From: Paramecium tetraurelia
Lineage: Eukaryota
Assembly (NCBI GenBank): GCA_000165425.1
Contig: CT868030.1
Location: 248,001-312,000 of the forward strand
Direction: 5' to 3'
Length of the DNA: 64,000 nt
A program made the translations under genes and the position numbers. The notes under the pieces are model-generated. The model had not been told where the DNA came from. It did not search any database and worked only from the letters and a program-made list of their open reading frames with translations. Of this stretch, positions 14,610 through 34,659 are shown piece after piece; positions within the stretch are counted from its first letter, which is position 1; every line of letters starts with the position of its first letter.

Positions 14610-14987
14610 ATGCCTCCCAAGAAGACAATCCAAGAGCCAAATGTCAATGTTCCAAATGGAGATGCAGCAAAAGGAAGAGATATCTTTGATTAATAATGTG
14701 CTGCCTGCCACGCTTTTGAAGGAGATGATAAGACTGCATCAGCACCAACTTTAGGGTAAACTCTTTATTTAATGATTTTTAGAGGACTTTTAGGAAGAAA
14801 GGCAGGATCAACTCAATTCCCATATTCTAAGGGCATGAAGGGAGCAGGATTCAACTGGTCTGAAAAGCACTTGTTTGTGTTTTTGAAGAATCCTTCTAAG
14901 TATGTTGTTGGTACTAAGATGGCTTTCGCTGGTCTTGAAAATGAATAAGAAAGAGCTGACCTCATAGCATACCTTGCTAACAATTGA
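14610..14987 (+). CDS. CYC1: Cytochrome c
   Basis: GDAAKG, CAACH haem motif, NPSKYVVGTKMAFAGL; one intron at about 14756-14782. Confidence 0.97.
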
Positions 14988-15070
14988 GAAAATATATAAA
15001 TATAAGATAAAATAAAATTGTGGCTATAAGAGAACCAAATTTAGCAGCTCTTGTCATAATTATACATGAT

Positions 15071-20157
<5,087 letters not shown>

Positions 20158-20347
20158 TTATAAAATAATAAGGGACAAAAAGGTAAAAAAAAAACTATAT
20201 GATAAATTTTTCTTCTTTTTTTTGAATTTCAGATATATATGCTCACAAATCGGCGCGCATTTAATTTTTTCATATATACTATATATACGATATTCTCATT
20301 AGTTCAATTTTCACTATTCTTGTCACTCTTTTAATATTAATATTTTT

Positions 20348-23080
20348 ATGGATCCAAGTACACAATGGAAAGAATTAAATAAAAAATACTATAAGTTTCA
20401 TTAATTCAATCCCATAACAGGTGAACAAAAGTTCCTTGACTTTTACTATTAGCACATAGCTGTAGCCAAATGGGGTGGTCCTTTGGCAGCAACAAAAAAT
20501 TTTGATTAGGTTATACTCATGCGAACAGACGATATTCTCAAAGATTCCATAGTATTCTTTACCAACAGCGGTAAAATTATGTCAAGAACCCCATACAAAG
20601 AAGCCGATAAGGTAAATTGAAAAATAATCAAATTAGATTCCATTATTTGATTTTCTTGAAGATGAACATCTGATATTACTCAAAGCAAGTGGTGTCTACT
20701 ATATAATTGATCCTTTCAAAGGAACCAAAAAAAACCATGATTTAGGGGAATAATTCAAGCTAAATCAGATTTAAAGTGCTCTCATTGTGAATAATGGATT
20801 TGTATTGATGGCAATGAACTTTGAGTTTTATTATGTCCAAAATGCTCATGAGCCTGAAGTCTAGTAATTCAAACCATCCAATCTTACTTCATTCCCAGAG
20901 CATTGGTAAGTGATTCCTTCTGAGAAGTCATCAAGTGGTAAGGTAGAACTACTGATAGCCAATCCTGATGGAGGCATACTACATATAATTGAGAATGAGA
21001 AGTGGAAGATTTATTATAATAAAGACAAGATTACAAGTGAAATTGATAAGAAACTTCCTGATCTAAGAAATATTAAAATGTTAAGTCTATCACCAACATA
21101 CAAAAATTTAGCCTTGTTGTAATATTATGGTTAAAGGTGGATTATGGCATTTATTACTAACTATTTTGAATCTTCAGAGTATCGTTAGATGCCCATAGAT
21201 TTGAAAGAGGATGATGTAAAAAAAGATGAAACAGCAGAGAAAGATCTCAGCATTTTAGAACGACCAAAAAAGATGTTTTGGTGTGGAGATGATTGTGTAG
21301 TTCTATAATTGTAATAATACATTGTTTTAGTATCTTAAGATTCCTATACAAAAATAAAAATGAATAATTAGCATTTTGCTATGAAATCTGAGTATGATGG
21401 TTTAAGAGTGTTAACACAAAAAAAAGAATGAAATTTTAAGGAAATTGCCTGATTCGTATATTAATGTATTTGAACAACTCTCTGTTAAACCAGGGGCTTA
21501 ATTGTATTGCGCTTATGAGTCTTTTGAACAAAAGAATCCTATTGAGGATGATGAATTGAGAAATAGTAAAAGTCTGTTGAGCGAGGCAGTAAGTGATTGT
21601 GTAAGATGTGCATAATTTGAAATAAACCCTGAATATTAGATAAAATTATTAAAGTCAGGAAATTACGGCAAGATCTTTTTGGGAACTCAAAATTTAGACC
21701 CGAATATATTTAATGAAACAGCTAGATATTTGAGAGTCGTTAATTCCTTGAGAAGAGGTGGAGGAGTGGGAGGAAGAGTGGTAACATATGAATAAGTATT
21801 GCAATTGATTAAGATTCCAGATATTATGATAGGGTTGCTATTAAGATATAATTTACATTATCTAGCTGTTGAAGTTTCTAATTTTCTTAAATTTTAAATC
21901 AAATAAAGGGCCTCTATTTATACACATTGGGCGTGTCGCAAAGTTGAAGTTCAAGAAGACGATGATGTCCTATGTGAAATAATTAAGGAGAAAATAAAAG
22001 AAGAAAGAGGAGTCTCATTCACTTAGATTGCATAGAAATCAATTGAAATAGGAAAATAATAATTGGCTTTAAAACTATTGGATAACGAGTAGAGTCTATC
22101 TAAACGAATTCCAGTTTTGATTTGGATGGCCAATTTCCAATCAGCTAATAATAATAACTCTTATTATGAAAAAGCATTAGCTGATGCAATTATATCAAAA
22201 GATTCCAATCTACTATATTTTGTGATAATGAAATTCTTAAAAACTGAAATGAATGAGACTTATAAATTTAGCACTCTCGTCAGACAAGATCCAGTCTCAT
22301 AAGCATTGTTAGTCTATTATTGTAAGAAATTTTGATGATAAATATTTGTAAAAATATTTACAATATTACAAGAAATTTGATGAATGTGGCTTATTAGCAA
22401 TCAACTAAGCTTATCAACAAAACAATTTAGATGAGAAAATCAAATTCTTAGATCAAGCTTTAAAGTACTTTGCAGATGACGAAACCGACTAATTTTATAA
22501 GAGAATCATAGCTGAATAAATCATAATACTAAAAGATTTGAAATCCGAAGTAGAAAAAGGCAGAAAGAAGCCAAACCAAAACATCATGGAAGAAAGACCT
22601 ATTAATTCAATCATGGAAGCCTTTTTCGTTAAGGACAAACCAGATTTCGCTCATGAATTCGCTAAAACATACAAAATACCAGATCGTAGGTACTATTTTT
22701 ACTCATAAATAGAATTTACTTGACTAGAGTTAAAACCTTAATCAATAAGAAGAATTGGGATGAATTGGATAAGTTTATGTAGGAGAAGAACAAGAAATCT
22801 ATTATAATACCATACGAATTAGTGGCAGAACTACTGTTTAAAGCAGATCAAGAGGAAAGAGGTATTTCTATACTCATGAAAATGCCTGATGTTGAAGTAT
22901 TTCTTTAGTATATTCTAGGAATCCTGTAGAACCTTAATAAGGATTGGATAGCAGAGTTCTGCCGTTCAGGTTGCAATAAACAATAAAAAAATCTAATTAC
23001 TTTATGATATCAGGGGGTTGATCTTTGATAATTCAGCCAAGGCATTGCTGGAAACTTATTTAAGCCAAAATCAAAAATGA
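20348..23080 (+). CDS. VPS16: VPS16 (HOPS/CORVET subunit); two apparent +1 frameshifts in this sequence
   Basis: AVAKWGGPLA, MFWCGDDCVV, SEYDGLRVL, HWACRKV, VSFTQIA motifs. Confidence 0.88.
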
Positions 23081-23104
23081 ATAGCAAAATAAATAAATAA
23101 CAAA

Positions 23105-23861
23105 TCATTGCATATCTGTGATTCTCCATAAAGCATTAGCCACTTCCGGCTTACAGACAGATACAATATGTTAATTTTCGATCTTACTTTAGTAAGGTTA
23201 GGTGTGTAAATAAAGTCCAGTACATATATGTTTAAGTTCTAATATACTAGAATAATAATACTAATAATAGAGTATTGTTTGATTTCTTCGTCATCTGCAA
23301 TGATTTCCCATTCATCCATATCATTTTACAAACAACCAACTTCCCCCATGTTATTTATGGTTTGTAAACATTTTAAATACGATTATGTAATAGGATGATA
23401 AACATAGGTTTTATTGTCCATCCATATAATTTGCCACCAGTCATATTCATAATTGCAATTATTGCAAGTGCTTACTTCATTTGATTTATTGTGTTCATGC
23501 TTAATAGCATGGGAGTGTAGGTATCTTTGAGTGTGTAGATTATATAACTTAATTTAGTGATGCTTTTCCATCTTAAGTCCCTATGGAAACCTAATCAGGT
23601 TTATGGTTGCACTCTACTCAATCTAAAATTAAGAATTTAGTTCAAAAGATGAATTTTGATCCTGCTCCGTTTCTGGGTCTTCTTTTATAACAATGCTTTA
23701 AACTTAGCTCAATAATCTTGACTTTTTTCTTCTATGGCATGCTTTTAGATTGGAGAAGTCTTATTCAAATATTTCTTTTCTTGGACAATCTTAAAGAGAG
23801 GAGTGATTATTATATTCTTTAATGCAATTTCCCATTATGATATAATTATTGATGAACACAT
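23105..23861 (-). CDS. Hypothetical protein with CxxC pairs
   Basis: ATG at 23861, CNNC and CLQC motifs, intron-like segments, TGA at 23107-23105. Confidence 0.55.
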
Positions 23862-23948
23862 TTTAATAATATTACGTAGTATTTGGATGAAAATGTCAAA
23901 ATAGTAGGATTTCTGATTGCTATAATTTAATATCTAAATATGTATATA

Positions 23949-25667
<1,719 letters not shown>

Positions 25668-25772
25668 ATTACGAGCACAAGATACCAGCAAAATCCTTTT
25701 GCTTTGTATTATTATTTTAATGGTCCATTAGTTAATTATTAATTATTAATTATTAATATTAATTATACGATT

Positions 25773-26579
25773 ATGTACTTAGATAATTTTTTTTCTTAAG
25801 ATCATCCTTTTCAATAGAATAGTAGTCCTCAAAATCAAATGCTCATGAATTCACCTTCGTCACTAGACTTAAAAAAAGATTTCGAATAGTAAGAATTTCT
25901 AAGATCTCCACAAATCATCTATGATATCAATTCCTATGAGTAAATTCCATTAAATTGGAGTATAAAACCTTCTAATCTCAATTTTCCTGGTTAACAATCT
26001 TTGATTTTAAGATCTGGTAGGTCATATTGTTACAATTATTTTAAGTAAGACCTAACTCAAATATAAAACGAAAATAATTAAGGTTTGGAATAGTAAGTGG
26101 ATTTAGAATGCCTAATGTAAAAAAGTGATTAATTGGATGCTGTCAATATTACTTCCAAGAAAATAAGTACCAAATCCTAAGCATTTAAAATTTAAAAGAA
26201 AACGAAAATTTTAAATATTACTAGTTTAAAGTGTTAACAGCCTTGCAATTGTAAAAGTAGCGGGTGTATCAAACGCTATTGCCGTTGCTTTCATAGTGGA
26301 AAAACATGCTTGCCAGAGTGTTAATGTTAGGATGGATGTCTGAATAAGGAACATAATAATTGTGAAAGAAGTGAGGCAATAAAACACGTGAATGAAAAAT
26401 GTTATAGAAACAGAAAAATTCCAAAAGAGGCCCTCTTTAAATTGGACGTAATATATGGATGTTCTTGTACTAAGTCTAAATGCAGAAAAAGATACTGTGA
26501 ATGTTTTTTAAGAAATTAGAATTGCACTGAGAAATGTAAGTGTTTTGATTGCTGCAATCGATAAATTATAACGGAATGA
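25773..26579 (+). CDS. Tesmin/TSO1/LIN54-type CRC (double CXC) protein
   Basis: PCNCKSSGCIKRYCRCF...GCSCTKSKCRKRYCECF..CKCFDCCN. Confidence 0.9.
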
Positions 26580-26630
26580 CCTTATCGTAATTTGTTACAT
26601 CTATTATTTCTTAAATTTAATTATTTAATT

Positions 26631-27189
26631 ATGATGCGTCTATATTACTAAGCATTCAGCAAACTTATCAAAGTAGATCGTTTAGCACTGACTCCACATC
26701 AATATTGGATTGCAGCTGGTAAAGGAATGGAACGCCCTTATACAGGAGAATATTGGTTTGTAAATTTAATGATCTATCTCATCAGAATCAAGAAGTTGGA
26801 ACATATCACTGTTAGCATTGCGATAATCAATTGTTTTCTTTTGACTCTAAATACAAATCAACTACAGGATATGCATAATTTTGGAATCACATACCTAATA
26901 GCGTAAAATTAGAGGAATCAAACATTAAAGTATTAATACTCATTCATCTCTCTTTTAGGAAGAAAGGGATTTGTGTTGTGCTGGATGTGACAGTTTTGTT
27001 GGAAAGGTTTCCTTTGATGGACCTCCTCCAACATTCATTAAATATAGTATTAATTCAGCTGCATTAAATTTCAAACTGAAATCCTTTTAAGAAGACCCAT
27101 ACTTTAGAAAAATTGCTAGAAAAGAAAAAGAGGCTCAACGTTAGAAAAAAGTAGAACATAATTATTTAGAAAGCAATAGCAATTTGTGA
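26631..27189 (+). CDS. MsrB/SelR-fold protein lacking the catalytic Cys
   Basis: GMERPYTGEY, GTYHCQHC, CAGC, DGPPPT..KYSINSAALNF; two introns. Confidence 0.85.
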
Positions 27190-27574
27190 TTTATTATATT
27201 AATAAAATTATATGTAGTGATGAAATAGTACAAGTGTCAGTGGATCTGTCTCATTATTATTATCTGTAATATAAGTATTTATAAATAATGTTAATTTATT
27301 TATATAAGACTCAACAAATTAGAAGGGAAGTTTATTGAATACATTTTATTTGTGATGGACAATAAATAATGTAACAATCAGAAAAATCATATAATATATT
27401 AATTATGATCTTTTTATTTACTTTCTCAGATTTATTATTGAATTGCTATTTGAAATGCTTAACTCACTTAATACAACATGTTAAGCTCTTATAAAGTCCA
27501 CCAAATACAAGTAAAATGATGTATAATTATTATTTCAAATTTATAAATTTAATTTAATAATGTCACTCTCTTTA

Positions 27575-27955
27575 TCATACCTATTATTTCAAATTTTATT
27601 TGTGTATCTCCAGTTATTCCACTAGGAATGTATATACCAAAGGAAAATACTCTTCTAGCTGAATATCTTGTACAACAATATCTACAAAATGAATAACTTT
27701 TGTAAGTTCATTTTCTAATTCTGTCAAGTGATAATGAGAGTATCGTTTCTGTAGACGAACGATACAATGTGCCAGCTTGCTCCTCAGTATAATTAATTGA
27801 TTTAAATTATAGCGAAGATCATCAGGAATATCGCTGGATAATTCCAATTATCCTATGATATTAATGAAATTCTCTGCAATCATAATAGGCAATTTGATTT
27901 CGTTGATTTTAGAATTGTGTGGCTTATGATTGCTGGAAGAACAAGCCAGTCCCAT
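27575..27955 (-). CDS. Small hypothetical protein with N-terminal MGLACSSS acylation-like motif
   Basis: 127-codon frame that includes ORF 27614-27847. Confidence 0.65.
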
Positions 27956-28992
27956 TTTAAATAAATTAAATTTATATAGATTATATCAATCAATATTAAG
28001 GGGAAACTAACCACCAAAAAACTAATTTATTCTAATATAGCAGCAACAAATTTCATTTTGCAATAACCATTTTTCACTTCCACAAACTGAATTTATTTTA
28101 AGCTTTGAACACCAAATTAGAAAGTTCCAAATGCTATTAAAATATTAAACAACAAATTTTGTAAGACTTTCCAGAATTTCTACTTTAAATTTCATATATA
28201 CTTTGAAAATGAATATTGCTATCTATTATTATCAAGCAATTGTGTATGATAACATTATAAGTTAAGAAGTAGTAATTTAATGAATAGATGTTATTTTGAT
28301 AACTTAAACAAATTATTTTAGAAGATTAAGAAATGCATGATAATTTAATGTGGTCTAGTAATTGTGTTATAAAATATATTGGAACTTAAATTGATTATAA
28401 ATGAATATGAGATACTTTGTGTATTATTCATTCGTTAATTAAAATATTATGATTGAAGGGTAGATTATTGAATTCTTTTGGTTAATGAGTAGTTTAGTGT
28501 TATTTGGCTATGCAATATTGTCGAAATTCAAATGGAAAGAGAACATACATTAGAATCGCAAGATTAGAATGAATAGCTATAAATCGTAGAATTTACCTAG
28601 AAACTAATTTGTGATTGAAGGTGAGATATGCAATTATAAGTAGAGGCTGAGGAACAACAGTAATGCAAAAGCGAGGAGGATCTTTCTTAACAACAGTAAT
28701 AATAGCTGGAGGTAACGAATTGAAATGAATAGTGCAAGAATTAATCAATAGCATAAATAATAAGACCGAAAGTAAATTATTTGATTAATGTTCATTTGCT
28801 ATTATCATCAGTGGCAATAATAAATATACTAAATGGCGGAGACAATATATTTTTATTAGTCATGGTAATCTTATACCTGATTAGTACAATTGTAATTGTT
28901 TCTAAGTTAAGAATGAAATGGTTATTCATTCCATAACTGATGATTTTGGCCATGATGATAAACTACTTGATAGTTATATGATTATAATATAT

Positions 28993-30690
28993 TCATTTAG
29001 TAAATTTTAACAATTCTATTAATATCTCTTTTGATAGCATATTAATATCTTATGTATTCAGTATCTTCTATTTATTATCGAGTAAAAAGATCATGGCATT
29101 GGCTTTCAATTCTTATGCCGAGAATTTATCAGCCAGATTGACAACATCAATCACATTTTTCAGTGAAATATTTTTAATCTATAATTAATGAAATCTGAAT
29201 AAATACTAAATGATCTTCACACAAATTCTTAAGTCTCTACAACATATACTTATCTGCCAATGCTAATAAATCGTATACAATATGGGAATCGATGAAGACT
29301 TCGTCAGTATAAATGTACTATAAGATTGCTATTGCGATTAAATTATTTAATGAATACCCTTGAAAACATTAATTGAAGTATCAGTGATAGCTAGTTTATC
29401 TCCTAAGTTGAATTATTCGTTTAAAAATAGAGTTTTGAAGTATTCGCAACGAGATGCCAGTATAATTTTATGTGCATGAATCTCTTGATTATCAATATAG
29501 AATGTGATGTCACTCAAAATAGGAGAAAATAGAATGCTTGAATAATCTTGTTTGAGTGTAGATTCTGCTAATTTGATGATTGACTATTGTTTGAGCATAT
29601 AGACATCATTATATGATTTCTCACTATCATTACCTCCGAAGATCACAATGGTATTCTTATAGGCAATAGCAGAATGTCGACATCTGGGTCTGGGAGGTGA
29701 TGATTATTATGATGTGCTATCTTTAGTTTATCCTCGGAAATTAGATTAATTGTCTAAAGTGTTGATGACTATATATTCCCATTGATTTTCAGTGATATTG
29801 TACATGAAGACATCATTTCTCCATTGTTATCCATCATATCCTCCAAACAAATAGATCTTATTATTCATCATAACAGCAGAGGCACTAACTCTTGGAGATG
29901 GTGTACTTCCCTTGGGTTACAAACGTGTCCATAGATTGTTTTCAATATCCAATTAATATAAGTCATTTAATTGATGAGATCTGTCAGGTTCACCACCAAA
30001 AACATAAATTTTATGGTCATAAATAACAGAACTATGTTATAATCTGCCTTATGGTTTCTGTCCTGTAGTTTCTACTTAAGTCCAGAAACATTTAACGAGA
30101 TCGAATTTGTATAGATCACTCAACCACATTTTACCATCTCCGCCTCCAAAAATATACATAAAGTCTCCACAAATATTGGCTGTATGAAACTGTCTCTTTG
30201 GAGGAGTATTCTCTGATTTAAGATGTTGCCAATCTATACAAACAATATTCATTTATTCGCTCGGAGTCATCATAATAATATCATCCAACACTGTGTACCC
30301 ATTCCATCCTCCATAATAGACAATTTTATCATAATAATTTTAAGCACTGTGTCCCATTCTTACATCTGGGATCTATCCATTTACTTTGATTTATGATGTC
30401 CAACTTGTCTTTTACTAGAAATTTATTACTTCAATCTTTTTAAATCCAAAATATGTATGTCATTACAGAACTTCTTCCTGCCTTCACCTTCTTTGCCACC
30501 AAAGATGATCATGTAGTGTTTAAATGTTGTGGCTGTGTGACAATTCCTACAAGTTGGCAATTACGATGCAGTTGTTGCCTTGATATTTTCCCATTCATAA
30601 CTAGCAAATGTAACTAATTATTTATCACCCATCCTTACCATCATCTTCTTTGTTGTCAGTCATTTCGGTCTTACGAATACAATAATCCAT
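28993..30690 (-). CDS. Kelch-repeat + BTB/BACK protein (LZTR1-like CUL3 adaptor architecture)
   Basis: Six repeats like R..HTA....MIIFGG...ND, then SDITFYIDNQEIHAHKIILASRCEYF and BACK-like helices. Confidence 0.9.
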
Positions 30691-30722
30691 TTATAATTAA
30701 TTATTATTTTTATAATTAATAC

Positions 30723-31793
30723 TCATTTTACCTTCACTCTTTATACTCTCTTGTTCTTCACTCTCATTATTAAATACACCACTGAACTAATTACCATAGT
30801 GGCTATCCATGGAATTGATATATAATATGGGGTGTCAACATATTAAATATTTCCAGCATCCTTCAAAAATTTTATGCTTATAAATGTTTCCGCAAAGAGA
30901 GTCCACACAACCAAATATCTACATTAACCTGATTGATCTTAATTTCCCTTCAAATCATTCCATTACTCCTACCAACTCAGTACTCCCATTCCAAACCAGA
31001 CAAATAATCTATATGATACCATCCAACATTTAGGTGGCACCCACAATTAATTCATTAAGAAAAATCCAGTCAAGAAATTTATTGTCACTGCTAACCAAGT
31101 TCCAAATGCTGCTGCAAAATACTTATAGTCATGCCACACCAACCATTAAGTAAATGATTTGTCCTTCCTACCCAACCAATCAAATTATTCAATCCCTAAT
31201 TTCTTACTAACCCATAATCCCAAGAACACAAACAAAGTATTACCAATTAATACGTCTAGCAACACGTGATCCCACCAGCATTCTCGAAAATGAGGTAAAA
31301 TGTGTTGCCAAGACAGTTCAATTACTTCATCAAATATTTACCAGAAATTTAATAACCAAGCATCTCTGAGTAAAAATGCTAATAAAAACCAATTTAAACA
31401 ATGCAACAAGAAATAATGATCCAAATTATCCACTATGTTAACTAATTCAAAATCACAATTATCATCATAAGTGTGCATATCTTTTGTTACCGATCTTCCT
31501 AAGCTATCATCACCCAGTTTCATCAATTATCTCGCTTCACTCTCATTTTAAAATATCAGAAATATCAGAAAAGCATTGTAACATACTCCCAACCAAAACA
31601 TAAATCTCCAAAATCCTTAAAAACGCTTTATTGGACCATCATAGGATTTTAATGAACCCATCATACATATAAATATAATGCCTCCCCAAACTCCTCTGTA
31701 TCTATTTTTTATATTATCATAATCATTTTCATATGCGAAATAGATTAACGTGCAAGCACTTATAAAAAATAAAATTTATTCCTAATATCTCAT
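30723..31793 (-). CDS. Phosphatidylserine synthase (base-exchange, PTDSS family)
   Basis: Intronless 357 codons; FDEVIELSWQHILPHFRECWWDHVLLDVLIGN; multiple transmembrane stretches. Confidence 0.9.
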
Positions 31794-31797
31794 TTAA

Positions 31798-32520
31798 ATG
31801 AATAATTATTATTAATTTATCAACCAGATATCCATCCCCAAATAAGAACTCCATATCAAAGCTATTCCTGAAGTCATCAATTTTAATGCCAACAGCAACA
31901 CATACATGAATAAAATCAAATGTTAAACTCAATTAACCAATGAAAACAAAATCGAATAAAATATTAAGGTATACAAAGACTAATCCACCTAATGTGAATT
32001 AATAACGTAGGATTAGACTACCTAATGTTCAGAACTATTTGAAAAAGAGTAATAATTCATCTAACTTGTACAATCTAAAGTCACCTACACAAATGATTTG
32101 CTCTCATAAATGGAATCCGTTGATATCAATGATTTCCAACCAAGACAAGCAATCTCTATTTAATAATCAATATAATCTTCTTAGACATTGATGGCTTATG
32201 TTTAAGAAAATAATATTAAAATATATGAATAATTGTTAGCTAATCAAAATTAGAGTTTTCTAAATGTATTGTCCTAATTAACTAACAATAAATCATTCGA
32301 TGATTTAAAAATTCAAATATAGCAATATTTAGATGTGCTCATCTTAATTAACCAAGGGTTAGCTGTCTAAAATTTAAGAAAAAATTATAGCATTGTGGAT
32401 TAATTATCATTTAACGAAAACTGTTTTGAACAATAATCACCAGGATGGCTTTTAACACCTACAATCAAAGTTGCTGACAGTTAGAATTTCTCCACAGATT
32501 CGCTGATCATGAATAAATGA
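31798..32520 (+). CDS. Hypothetical coiled-coil protein
   Basis: 241-codon Gln-rich frame from ATG 31798 to TGA 32518-32520. Confidence 0.65.
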
Positions 32521-32553
32521 TTTACTAACTAATTATAAAATAAAGATTAAAAA

Positions 32554-34632
32554 TCAATTGAAAACACCATCTACACAAGTTACCAGCATCCTTAATAGTT
32601 ATTAATTTTCTAGAAACATAATATGGGCAGACCTTCCAATCATATTATCAATGGTTCGATTTCTAATTAATAGTTTGTATATATACTTACTCATTTAAAA
32701 CGAAGTTAACATCTAATCTTCTCACTTATGTTGCTCTCATTCCTTTAAAAATGTTATCAACCATTTTCTCATATTTTCGAGAGTTCTTATCATATTTATG
32801 AATAAAGATACTTAATCACTTCTTTCAAAGTTCTTGGATATTCTAGCACTTTCAAAAGGAACATATGAATCTTAAGCTGAACTTACAACTAGAATGTTCT
32901 AGAACCAATTTAAACCCTCCTATCTTGATAACTGATAAAGAAATGTGTTTTCAATTTACTCAGCATCAGTCATAGCTAATTATTATAAGGAGACTGATTT
33001 TCTCATTCTTTTTAGGAACCATAATCCTGCATCAATAAGTAAACTGTTATTATAACCGTATCCTAGATGTGGACTTGATAATGATATATATGTATTCATA
33101 TTGACCTTGAATTCACTCAAATGCGGCAATGCTGCTCTAACAATAACTCCTCCCATGGAATGACCAAGAAAACTGATACGAAAAGGATTAGTTTTGATCC
33201 AATCTAAGAGGTATTATTTGACTTCCTAAGCTAGATTCTAACCCATATCAGCGAGATTTCCATCAGTCAGATCTTCATTTGCTCTACTCATTAAATAGTG
33301 ATGATTTGGATATTCTAATTAAAGATTATTCTTAATCAATCTCATATCCAAAGAATTTCCTTGAAATCCATGCACTAAAACAATTAAGTGCAAGAGTTAT
33401 TCCTATTAAACTAAGGGTTAACTAATCTGATAGATTTCTTCGAATAGCACAGTTGCCTACTTTTAATCAGAGAATAGATTCTCATCTATAATATCCAATT
33501 ATTATTCCATGATAATAGGTTTTTTTCTAATTTGATCACTAACATCTTGATGCTATTTCTGACATAAAGTGCCATTGGAAAAGGAATTACATTTAATAAC
33601 TTCTCTAAAATAGGTTTCTCCCCATTTATCTTTTATTTTAACTTGATAGTCTTATTGCAATAATATTCTATATTATTTTGAATTGTTTTAAATGATATTA
33701 ATGAGTATGTTTTGTAATTCAAAAAGAACAGAGGAATATTGATTTATATCATTTTCGATGAGAGTAGATAACAGGTTTTAATCTCTAATATTCTTTAAAT
33801 TTAGAACATCTGAAATTAGCATATTACCTTTTGTATTAATGTTCTCTTTTATAATGGAAGATTCCTGATATTGGATATACGAGAATTTAGGAATAGTAGG
33901 TAACTTAGATAATTCCTCATATAATTTTAATTAACCACAAAGCTTAGCCACTTATTATTACAGTGATTCACTAGTTAATCTCAATTATCCAATATAGTAA
34001 TCAAAGAATTCTTGACTCTTAGTAAATTTGCTAGTGTGTTTATGAAGGAACTCTGTAAATGTTTTTGGCTGAATTAATATTCTGGAGCTATTTGCCTTTT
34101 GAAATTCACTTAGTCTGAATTTAAAATCTTGAAGATTAGAATTCACAGTACAGTGAACCTAACAAAAATGATTGGTATCAAACATGATTGGAACATATTC
34201 ATGAACTCCCTTATAAGAATTACAGATTCGTCCTTAGAAAGTAGCTACGCACTTAAAAAGAGATTCTTCATTTGGAGGACCTCCAATTTTGGCTAAATCT
34301 GCACACATCAATTCACATACTAATTTGAATTCATGTTCATAATGTGGTGATGCGGATACTTCAATTTTAAAAATGCAGCTTTCATCTATCTCTACTTCCT
34401 CTTCTTGGAATCGTATCATAAATGTTCTAGTTTAAAAGTATTGTTCATCAATCTGACTTGGTTGCCAAGATTCTTTTTTCTTATTATTATTGGTTTCAAA
34501 ATAATTATAAGGAGTAGCTTATTCTCCATTTGATTTGATCATAAATCTTAAGTAATACAGTCCTTGATTGAAGAGATCAATATTTTTAAATGACTCTACA
34601 TGAATAATATGTTCATATGTTGCCCTAAGCAT
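32554..34632 (-). CDS. FAM135-like protein with DUF676 alpha/beta-hydrolase domain
   Basis: N-terminal FKNIDLFNQGLY; HLIVLVHGFQGNSLDM; FLGHSMGG nucleophile elbow; SLSSPHLG; IGRSAHI. Confidence 0.88.
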
Positions 34633-34659
34633 TTAATAAATTAACTGTTAAAAATATAA

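Noticed and set aside
28500..28980. Possible plus-strand gene
   Set aside because: The frames I followed hit TGA quickly and show no recognisable motif; cannot be supported.
31729..31932. Minus-strand 67-aa ORF in the track
   Set aside because: Mostly antisense to the plus-strand gene at 31798 and out of frame with PS synthase.
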